DNA of 32,000 bases from assembly GCA_002794465.1 (NCBI GenBank), contig MTSL01000174.1:4602-36601 (forward strand). The letters run 5' to 3'. Under the pieces are notes generated by a model. The model worked only from the letters and a program-made list of their open reading frames with translations. It searched no databases and was not told where the DNA came from. The position numbers and the translations under genes are program-made. Shown in pieces: positions 9,133 to 18,289 of this stretch (positions are counted from its first letter, which is position 1; every line of letters starts with the position of its first letter). The DNA is from Paramicrosporidium saccamoebae KSL3. Lineage: Eukaryota > Fungi > Cryptomycota.

Positions 9133-11851
9133 ATGCCATGCATTTTAAAGGTTCATGTGGAGGCGGCTCGCGGCCTTCCCGCCATGGACAGTACATCTGA
9201 AGTGGCCGACGCCTATGTTGAGATTCGCTTTTCCGACTCTCTCCAGCGCACCTCTGTCTGTCGAAAGACGCTCAACCCGGTGTGGCGTGAAGATTTTCGT
9301 TTTGAAGTTCCTGACGATACGCTCCTGCAGGATGCGCCGCTGGAGCTAAAAGTGTTTGATTTTGATGCGATTACAGCGGACGATTCGGTGGGGATGGTGA
9401 CAGTAGACTTGAATCCGCTAGTTTCCTTGGAGGGCCCAAGCCAGATGGCGGGATGGTTCCCTATTTACGACACTATCCGAGGAGCGAGGGGGGAGTTGTG
9501 GGTACAAGTAAAGGTAGAATTCTTTGAAAATACCAATCCATTCAAAGAGTCTTCAGCTGGAATCCATTTGTTCAGTAGCTCCGGCATACCCGTACCTTAT
9601 ACCGTACGGCAACACGCTATGATTTGATTTTGCTTAGAATGCAATAATTGTGGGACTGGTGGACGAGGTCATTACGGAAATTGATCCCGACTATCACTGG
9701 TCCGATTCATTCCGCACCTCCCGTTCCTCTAATGAAGCTTCGCAGCGCATTCTGAGTCAAATGAGCTGTCGATTGCGCCGTCAGATGGGCAGAAAAGCGT
9801 TGGAGATGGGGGGCAATTCCATTCTTGCCTACTCACAATGGATCGATATTGAGCCGTATTCTCAGACCATAACCTTTCGTGGACTGGGCACTGCTGCGAT
9901 TATGCAACAGTCCGAGCAAGACAGCGATTCCAAAGACGCGATGGATGAGGAGATTCCACTCAAGCTGCATTCAAAGGGGATCGAATTGGCAACCATTAGC
10001 AAACTTCCGCCTGGGTGCATTTCAGGGATAGGAGGCGTGGTATCTGCAAAGAGCGTGAAATTGTTGTCTGATGAGACCGATTACAGTGACGCTATTACCC
10101 GCGATCGGTGGTTGTCAGAACTGAGAGATGAGATTAGATTACATGCCCGCAATCTTGGCTGTAATATCGTCCTCGGCTATCGCGAAAACATTTCAATTCA
10201 CGAGGATTTGTACATTTTGGCTGCAGAGGGGACCGCATGTAGAATCCGGGGAAGAGAGATGCGTCGTCATCAGTTGCGTGATGATCGTTCCTCAGAGGAT
10301 GAGACTTTAGTTTCTGAAAAGGCCGAAAGAGTAAAACGTGTAGTCAAGCGACTCAAGGAGTGTGCCTTTTGTCATCTACCCAGACGAAAGGCAATACAGA
10401 GAACTGTCATGGCCAACTCTTCGACTTGTAATATTTGTAGAAAAATGCTAGTCCCAGAAATGTTGCTAGCCACCACTGAACTTACCTCGGATGTTGAAGT
10501 TTTTAGAGATCAGCGTCTGGTTGAAAGTTTTGTTTGTAGGCCACTAAGGAGGAAGAAAGACGGCGAGCCCACTGCCGCTACAGTCAGCTTGAATCTTCCA
10601 TTTGTAGAGTATGACTTGTACCGACAGTTGCAATTTAAGCTTCGCTACTATGGATTTAATGCTGTCTTTGGATTGAGGTATCAAATACTGGCGAGTGACA
10701 CTATGATTGTCGCATTGGCCAGCGGAACAGGCGCATGTTTGGCTGCTCTCCCTGAGCCGCAGGCTTTACAAATATCCCGTAACATTGACATTCGCGATGC
10801 AGAAGACGAGCAAATCTTTAGCTTCCAGGAACGGGTGGCCAAGGCATCCTCTTCTACATACGACATTATCCATGAAATGTATTCTGACCGCTTCCAGTCG
10901 ACATCTTCGGAGAGTTCATCAGATGCAGAGGACTCTCCCAGCTCTTCATCAAGCTCGAGTTCTTCGGAGGGTGATTTATCTGACGATCAGTCTGTTGTAC
11001 AAATTGATGATGAAGCTGACGAGGACTTGTTGTTGACTCTGGTTGAGCCTAACATTTCCACTGCCGTCTTGGCAGGAACATTGGATACCCAGCCATCAGT
11101 GGATCCATCCCTGTCACCCTGCTCCTCTCTCCACCAAATATCCCATTTTGTGTGTCAATTCCGTCGAGTCAATATTGCCAAAGAGAACCATCATCCAAAT
11201 TCAGCTCTGTCAACGCAATTCAGCCGCCACTATGAAGAAATGATTGCTCAGCTCGATGGTTTGTTTACGGGGACGCCACGGATCCACTGCATTCGACATC
11301 AACTGAATTTGGTCCGCAGTGTTGAATTGCAAATTGTGACTATTGCCACGGTATTTGGAACGGTCAATGTCCCTGTGGCATCCAGCAAGGACTTGCTTGA
11401 GCCGATCACATTCGACTGGGCGGAACAGGATGTCATCTCCAGTGACTCGGACGACGAAGATGCGGTTCCCACCCGTCCTGGTACGGATACTTCTCCAACT
11501 GTTGTCCCGCCCGCTTCAATTTCCTTCACGACCGGCACCCACACCCCCAGCTCTGTCCTCGTCGACAACTGCGGCACCATCGCCGTACAGCTGTTTAAAG
11601 AAATCTATTCGCACGAAAGCGCTGGCGGCTTCCCTGGGTTCGTAAACTCTACCATCTCTGATGCATTCTCCATCACAAGAGCATATGCCGCCTCGCTAGG
11701 CGGAAACGCAGTGACAGCGGTTGCATTTAAGCCAGCGGCATTTTATGAAAATTTCAAAAATCAGATGCATGTAGTAATGTCTTTGACAGCGGACGTGGTG
11801 GAGGTGGAACATGACCGAGAAACGGCTTGGTCCTTGTTACAATCAATTTAG
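9133..11851 (+). CDS. C2CD5: C2 domain-containing protein 5-like (C2 domain plus repeated YbjQ/UPF0145-like segments)
   Basis: N-terminal C2 domain (LKVHVEAARGLPAMD...DAYVEIRF...TLNPVW...DFRFEV). A 34-nt intron at 9604-9637 joins in frame to GLVDEVITEIDPDYHWSDSFRTSRSSNEASQR. Four G(G/C/F)N(S/I/A)(I/V) helix-strand repeats; about 894 aa. Confidence 0.85.
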
Positions 11852-12190
11852 AACAATTAACGCTATAACGTCTGATTGCAGCCCAGACAAAGTGATGGTG
11901 CTTACTTAGGACCGGCATGTATTGGCAGAGTTTTTGTTGAGAATTGCGAGAGTCCATCCCCAGGCTCGAGATGGATAACGAGTCTTTCATTGAGCTAGAA
12001 TTTATTTTTATTAAAGACGTCATTATGGGATGTGATTTCTTAAACGCGACAGCGCCGCGTGTCACCTCACTCTTAATCCCATGGCCTTTAATGCTTGTTA
12101 TAGCAGCGTTGATCGGCCGATACGACATTTAATTTTCATTAGAATAATTTAAATCAATTGCATATTTGCCTTGCCGGGATTCAAATTTTA

Positions 12191-12427
12191 ATGAACTGTC
12201 TTGGTCTACTGTTAATACTTGTCATTTATGGCCATTGTTCAACGTTACCTGGAGAGAATGACGAGGCAACAACTACTATTGACTTGGGGCAAGGTGACTC
12301 TGAAGAGTTGCCGGCCTCAACGGGCGCTATCTCATGGATTCTCTCTTTGATGACTTGCAATAATAAGAATCCCCATCGCACAAAGACATATGAAGAACTA
12401 CTTGATGCACTCTCAAATGCCGTATAG
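12191..12427 (+). CDS. Small orphan protein with a putative signal peptide (78 aa)
   Basis: ATG 12191; MNCLGLLLILVIYGHCS is a hydrophobic leader, followed by an acidic mature part. No recognisable family. Confidence 0.55.
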   Translation: MNCLGLLLILVIYGHCSTLPGENDEATTTIDLGQGDSEELPASTGAISWILSLMTCNNKNPHRTKTYEELLDALSNAV

Positions 12428-12788
12428 CATGGAATAGACTTATTAAGTCGTGTTTTGTAATCCAACACTTTTTGTTACATGTACGTTATTGCCCAAGTCT
12501 GGATTGCCGGTATAAATTACTGTTTACGGTTAGGCGGGAGGGTATCTCGTGTTCAACTGCAAATTCATAAGGACAATGGAAAGTGGGGCTTTTGGACAAA
12601 ACATTTCATTTTTGTTAGACTTGCTCAACTTTGACAAAGACTTGGCCATGTCAAACTGGCCACAGTTAGTGTACATTCTTTCGACACTGTTGGATCACTA
12701 ATCCAAGCTTGATTGTATATGTAGATTTTTATGCACATTAGTTAATGATTAAATGCAATTTTACAACTCCTGACATTGATCCTATTGA

Positions 12789-13388
12789 ATGTGGTCACAA
12801 ATTCTCTTCATACTACCTGTCGTTGTGGCTTCGTACATTTCGAATGTACCGAATTGTAGATACGGCAGTACACCAGAGCTTCCTGTCCCAGTCCCCACTC
12901 CGAACTCTAGAGTGCCGAATTTATCGGGGTCCAGACGTAGTACTAGACCGTATCTTTCCTCAAACTCTATGCCGAGATCCGAACATGGCAATACATTGAA
13001 TACTATTATCCCCACCACCATTTCAAGCTCCACGCATAGCACTAGCGCGAATTCTACTGTCTCAAACCCCATTCCACGTTCTACGCGCAGTACCAGAGTG
13101 AGTGCTGTTGTCCCAGAGGCCTTTATGAACACTAAATCATCAGCCTGCCCATACTCGAGAAATTTATACACCAAAAACCCGCCAGGTTACCAACGCCCGA
13201 GCCTTTCAAATGCTGAATACAACCAGAAGCTGGATGCTATCGACCGCAACATTATGCTTATTGATACGCAGCTAGCCCTCGCTGTAACAACTGATTCTGG
13301 ACATATGGTAGATAGGCAACAGGAGCTGATCCATTGTCTCGAATTCCTGTGTCGTGAGCGGCTTAGGGTGGTTGCTGCAGGCTACTAA
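12789..13388 (+). CDS. Orphan protein with a putative signal peptide, S/T/P-rich middle and helical C-terminus (199 aa)
   Basis: MWSQILFILPVVVA leader; low-complexity Ser/Thr/Pro/Arg region; heptad-like YNQKLDAIDRNIMLIDTQL...RQQELIHCLEFLCRERL. Confidence 0.7.
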   Translation: MWSQILFILPVVVASYISNVPNCRYGSTPELPVPVPTPNSRVPNLSGSRRSTRPYLSSNSMPRSEHGNTLNTIIPTTISSSTHSTSANSTVSNPIPRSTRSTRVSAVVPEAFMNTKSSACPYSRNLYTKNPPGYQRPSLSNAEYNQKLDAIDRNIMLIDTQLALAVTTDSGHMVDRQQELIHCLEFLCRERLRVVAAGY

Positions 13389-13518
13389 CATTTGAATAAG
13401 GGACGATGCTCAAGTAATAGAATCCACGGAACCCAATAAACGCTCACCTCGTGCCAATTAAACCATATTTGGGAGGGGCCCGTCCTATTTTGGGCGGCAA
13501 AATACATTGGAACACGCC

Positions 13519-13791
13519 ATGCGGCATGCAATTCTATTATTAATACTAGTCAGTCTTGTTGCTGCTAGCCGACACCGCCGTCCGACCCCGCCATCAGCCT
13601 TCAAAATGGCAATGGTCCGCAAATACATGGTGGTCAATCCTGGCGATCATTTACGCAACCCAGAAACAACGCAAAAGTATCTGAGGGAGCTTTTGAGATT
13701 AGTTAACGAAGGAAAAGCATACCTTGAACCCGAGGAAGAGCGTTATTTGCGTTCCTGGTTTGAAGACGACGATTGCTGTATCACTTTTTAA
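13519..13791 (+). CDS. Small orphan protein with a putative signal peptide (90 aa)
   Basis: ATG 13519; MRHAILLLILVSLVAA is a textbook n/h/c leader, followed by SRHRRPTPPS and a charged helical domain. Confidence 0.7.
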   Translation: MRHAILLLILVSLVAASRHRRPTPPSAFKMAMVRKYMVVNPGDHLRNPETTQKYLRELLRLVNEGKAYLEPEEERYLRSWFEDDDCCITF

Positions 13792-13826
13792 ATAAACCTG
13801 GGGTTGTTCAGGCCTGGGTGACCAGG

Positions 13827-14372
13827 ATGCGGGATGAGGCCAAGAATGGCGACTTTGCACCCGTTCAACTGGACAGCGCATTCAGCGAATCTGACGGCTT
13901 CTACGCACACTACAAGTCCATCCCCGCTGGTCAGCGAAAACTTGTGCTTGTTCGACTGCCCTGCAACATACCGACAAGCGCCATGAAAGACGTGTCGTTG
14001 CGTGCGTCAAAGAAACGTGCTATGGGCGAGTTTGAACATGACGGCGGACGATACGAAGTTCGATGCACAGGCGAAACGCCTGCTGCCGCACTTGTTGTTC
14101 CGGGGAAAAAGGGTTGTCACATCAGTATATATACTACAAGCGCTAATTTTGCAGATTCCGAGTTCCACGAGGTCTGGAGTGCAATACGTGTGAAAAACGA
14201 CAACGCCGAGGAGCAAGGCACTGAGCTGGATTTTGACGGTGACGTTGGTGGCAGTGAGGCGCTGATGGTGCAACCAAAAGGACTACGAACAAATCTGCGA
14301 GCCACTGATTTCTCCACTGTAATCAATAGGAAACGCAAGGCAGCCAGTCCTGCCAAGAAGAATAAAAAGTAA
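13827..14372 (+). CDS. RPA34: Probable RNA polymerase I subunit RPA34/A34.5 (PAF49-like)
   Basis: Recognised from memory by the RKLVLVRLP-x-N strand motif, the QPKGLR motif near the C-terminus and the Lys-rich tail RKRKAASPAKKNKK. Probable in-frame 30-nt intron at 14125-14154 (GTATAT...GCTAAT...GCAG). Confidence 0.6.
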   Translation: MRDEAKNGDFAPVQLDSAFSESDGFYAHYKSIPAGQRKLVLVRLPCNIPTSAMKDVSLRASKKRAMGEFEHDGGRYEVRCTGETPAAALVVPGKKGCHISIYTTSANFADSEFHEVWSAIRVKNDNAEEQGTELDFDGDVGGSEALMVQPKGLRTNLRATDFSTVINRKRKAASPAKKNKK

Positions 14373-14375
14373 CAC

Positions 14376-14529
14376 TAGACTGGCAATAAGCTAAGAGTAG
14401 GCTGATAATAGACTAGTAATAGACTGGTGATAGACTAGTAATAGATTGGTGATAGACTGATAATAGACCGGTAGTAGACTGATAATAGGCTGATAATAGA
14501 TTGACAATAGACTGAAAACAGACTGATAA
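14376..14529. repeat. 11-bp minisatellite, 14 copies, consensus TAGACTGATAA
   Basis: Exact 11-nt register without indels from 14376 (tagactggcaa) to 14519-14529 (cagactgataa); substitutions vary between units. Confidence 0.95.
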
Positions 14530-14559
14530 AGAGGATGTATTAATGCTTCGAGGATCAAT

Positions 14560-15046
14560 TTACTCGTAGACCATAGGGCTAATGGCCATGGTGTAGGAGC
14601 ACACGCCATTGGGGAACCAAAGGGCAATCTCCTTCTCGGCACTCTCCACACTGTCGGAGCCATGGCACACATTGCGTCCCAAATCAATTCCGTAGTCGCC
14701 ACGGACGCTGCCGGGAGCACTTGCCAATGGGTTGGTCTCGCCGAGCATCTTGCGGCCAGTCTTGACGACATCCTTTCCCATAAAGACCATGGCCAGGACG
14801 GGTCCTGATGCCATGAAATCGCAAAGTCCATTGAAGAAGGGCTTTGAGGAGAGGTCGGCGTAATGCTTCTCTAGATGCGCACGTCCGGGCTGCATCAACT
14901 GCGCAGCAAGCAACTGGTATCCACGCTTCTCAAAACGGGCCATGATTTCACCAGCCTATGATTAGTGCGCCATGGATGGATGCTACCAGTCCGCGTTGGA
15001 CGCCGTCGGGCTTAATCATAAGGAAGGTACGTTCGGTGTTGGACAT
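14560..15046 (-). CDS. NDK1: Nucleoside diphosphate kinase
   Basis: [20 protein letters not shown], then a 31-nt intron (14956-14986, with CACTAAT branch), then [12 protein letters not shown]...[10 protein letters not shown] (catalytic His); 151 aa. Confidence 0.98.
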
Positions 15047-15343
15047 GTCTTTGGAAGGAGTGTAGAGACAAAAAAATGTTTTTTTTGTGATAATATATCT
15101 ACGGACCAGGGATAAGGGTCTTATTATGTTCTCGTTATTATGAAATAATTAGTTGGGGATACGTGGTGGACCAAATGCAAAAAAGAGTCAGAGACCAATA
15201 ATGGAAACAGGCAGATTGGCACTACAATGCTATGTTAGCACACTGACACTATGCTGATGGCCAGTTCTCTTTCGCCTACTTGTATTGACAACAATCGCTC
15301 CCACCCCACATCACTATTACCACACAACGTCATTAGAGCCACG

Positions 15344-15455
15344 CAACACAATAACTAAACAAAATTATAACTAAACAACATTATAACAACACAACATTAT
15401 AACTAAGCAACATTATAACTGCACGACGTTATAACTGCGCAGCGTTATAACCTTA
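15344..15455. repeat. 16-bp tandem repeat, 7 copies, core TTATAAC, in the NDK/MUT divergent intergenic region
   Basis: Units caacacaataactaaa, caaaattataactaaa, caacattataacaaca, caacattataactaag, caacattataactgca, cgacgttataactgcg, cagcgttataacctta. Confidence 0.93.
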
Positions 15456-15504
15456 CAATTACTAAAAGTCACATATTTAGGGATCAGATAGACGGACCAA
15501 TCGC

Positions 15505-17774
15505 ATGAGGCATGCATTGCGGAGCATAAAAAGGTCTCAATTTGTAGCCCAAAAGAGCACCTTGGCCTTAAATCCGGCATGGTCCGAGTTGGTGGCGAAA
15601 GAGTTAAAGGGAAAGAAGGCTGATGAGTTGGCCCGGAAGACGGCCGAGGTAATGGCGGCCATGTTGGTTAATTGATAAGGGAATCACCATCAAGCCACTC
15701 TACACAAAGGACGACACTAAGAAGATAGCCGATGAGCTTCCTGGACAGTTCCCGTACACCCGCGGCCCATATGCTTCCATGTACACCCACCGTCCATGGA
15801 CCATCCGTCAATATGCGGGGTTCAGCACGGTGGAGGAAAGCAATGCATTCTATAAGAAGAATCTGGCAGCCGGGCAGCAGGGACTGAGTGTGGCTTTTGA
15901 TCTTGCCACTCATCGGGGCTACGACTCGGACCATCCTCGTGTGACTGGTGATGTAGGGATGGCGGGGGTTGCAATTGACAGTATCGAAGACATGAAGATC
16001 CTCTTTGACGGAATCCCGTTGGATCGAATGTCTGTGTCAATGACAATGAACGGAGCTGTGCTGCCCGTAATGGCCATGTACATTGGAGCCGCCATCGAAC
16101 AGGGAGTAAAGACGGAACAACTGGCCGGCACCATACAAAACGACATTCTGAAGGAATTCATGGTCCGAAACACCTTTATCTATCCTCCCGAGCCGTCGAT
16201 GCGCATCATTTCCGATGTCTTTTCCTACACGGCCAAGGTATGGCGAGACTTTATGCTCATGCCGCGTAGAATATGCCGAAATTCCATTCCATCTCCATCT
16301 CAGGCTATCATATGCAGGAAGCTGGCGCCGATGTTGTTCTTGAACTCGGATTCACCATTGCCAATGGTTTAGAGTACATTCGGACCGGTTTGGCAGCGGG
16401 TCTGGCTGTGGATGAATTTGCTCCACGTCTGTCATTCTTTTGGGGGATTGGCATGAATTTCTACATGGAAATTGCCAAAATGCGGGCAGCACGCAAATTA
16501 TGGGCAGAGTTGGTGAAGGAAAAGTTCAAGCCGAAGAATGCAAAGTCGGTACAGCTTCGGACCCATTGTCAAACGTCGGGATGGTCGCTGACTGAAAAGG
16601 ATCCATACAACAATGTGATTCGAACAACAATCGAGGCCATGGCAGCCGTGTTTGGTGGAACACAGAGTCTTCATACTAATTCGCTCGACGAAGCTGTGGC
16701 TCTGCCTACCGAGTTTAGTGCCCGGATTGCCCGAAACACCCAGCTGGTTTTACAATGTGAGACGGGAATCACTCATGCAGTTGATCCCTGGGGTGGGTCG
16801 TACTTGATCGAGTCGCTGACTAAGGACGTCTATGATGCAGCTAAAGCCTTGATTGAGGAAGTGGAGGCGATGGGAGGAATGGCCAAGGCAGTCGCATCGG
16901 GGATGCCCAAACTTCGGATCGAAGAGGCAGCAACACGGAGACAGGCCTTGATAGACTCTGGACAAGAAGTCATTGTAGGTGTGAACCGATACCAATCTGA
17001 CAGCAAGGACAATGTCCAAGTACGGCCATTTCCGTTCTCACAATGTAGGTGCTGTCGGTCGATAATGCCACAGTTTTGAAGAAACAGGCAGCAAGACTGA
17101 AAAAGATAAAATCTTCTCGAGACGAAAAGGCGACTGCAAAATGTCTTGCTGCTCTGACAAATGCGGCAAAGACAGGAAAGGGAAATCTATTGGAATTGTC
17201 TGTAAATGCTGCATTGGCCCGGTGTACTTTGGGCGAAATATCCAACGCTCTTGAAGATGTGTGGGGTCGACATCAAGCAAGCAGCACTGTCGTCTCTGGT
17301 GCCTACAAGTCGGCCTATGGCGATTCCGCCGCCATTGATGCCACGATTCGTCGTGCTAGCGAGTTTATGGAACGCCATGGTCGTCGTCCTCGCATTCTCG
17401 TTGCAAAACTGGGCCAGGATGGCCATGATCGCGGCGCCAAGGTAATTGCCAGCAGTTTTGCCGATTTGGGCTTTGATGTGGATATCGGCCCTCTTTTCCA
17501 GACTCCCGAAGAGGTATTGCGACAGGCATTGGACTCGGATGTACATGTGATTGGGGTGAGCACATTAGCAGCAGCGCATCGGACGCTTGTTCCCGAGCTC
17601 ATCCGACTGCTAAAAAAGAACAAAGCAGGCCATATAGCAGTAATCTGCGGCGGTGTCATTCCGGAAAAGGACTACAAGGATCTGTACAACCAAGGCGTCG
17701 CTGCCATATTTGGGCCCGGCACGCCCATTCCCGAATCGGCCCTCAAGATTATTGATCTCATTGATAATTGTTGA
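15505..17774 (+). CDS. MMUT: Methylmalonyl-CoA mutase, adenosylcobalamin-dependent, with mitochondrial presequence
   Basis: [50 protein letters not shown] and the B12-binding DxHxxG motif ([10 protein letters not shown]). Arg-rich acid-free leader [13 protein letters not shown]. Introns 15649-15679 (31 nt), 16238-16269 (32 nt) and 17020-17048 (29 nt); 725 aa. Confidence 0.98.
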
Positions 17775-18001
17775 TATGCATTATTAATATTGATTGTTAA
17801 CATGGATCGTTAATGTGTACTACTAGCAGGAATCGTTATTATTGGCAAGTATTGTTGATATGCATTGTTGTGGGGATCGTTATTGGTATTTACTGTTATT
17901 AGTATCTACTGGTGACATGTATCGCTATTATACATTGTTGGTCTGTGCTGTTGACTCTGAATCAAGACTTTGGGAGCATAATAAATGTTTAAACTTTACC
18001 A

Positions 18002-18262
18002 ATGTTGACGGTGGAAGACGAAATTAGGACACTACAAAGTTTGCGGGATACTATCACTTTGGGTGAGGGGCCTGCGCAGATATCAACACACATACCCACC
18101 TTGGCCACTTCCCTGTCCATCCCAGAGGACACTCTCACCGAATACCTCTTGCAGCTGTACCCTGAACGACCGCGACGCGGCAAACGGGTAACTGCCAAGC
18201 GCGAGGAAGAGAGTGTAGAATCTTCGCCAGTTAAGCGTCCACGTCGCACTCCAAGACGCTAA
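18002..18262 (+). CDS. Orphan 86-aa protein with a helical N-terminal part and a basic NLS-like tail
   Basis: ATG-initiated ORF with protein-like composition; tail RPRRGKR...SPVKRPRRTPRR. No family recognised. Confidence 0.5.
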   Translation: MLTVEDEIRTLQSLRDTITLGEGPAQISTHIPTLATSLSIPEDTLTEYLLQLYPERPRRGKRVTAKREEESVESSPVKRPRRTPRR

Positions 18263-18289
18263 CTATGGTGACACGTTCTGCAAGCATGG

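Noticed and set aside
12576-12701. 41-aa ORF MESGAFGQNISFLLDLLNFDKDLAMSNWPQLVYILSTLLDH with a nearby CACTAAT...AAG
   Set aside because: No GTA donor at the typical 28-35 nt distance gives a convincing longer product, and I recognise no homology.
14376-15455. 11-bp and 16-bp arrays as CRISPR arrays
   Set aside because: Units are contiguous with no unique spacers, there are no cas genes, and the context is eukaryotic with spliceosomal introns.
17813-17902. 29-aa hydrophobic micro-ORF MCTTSRNRYYWQVLLICIVVGIVIGIYCY
   Set aside because: It lies in T-rich degenerate repeat DNA just 3' of MMUT, which yields hydrophobic codons by composition; there is no independent support.
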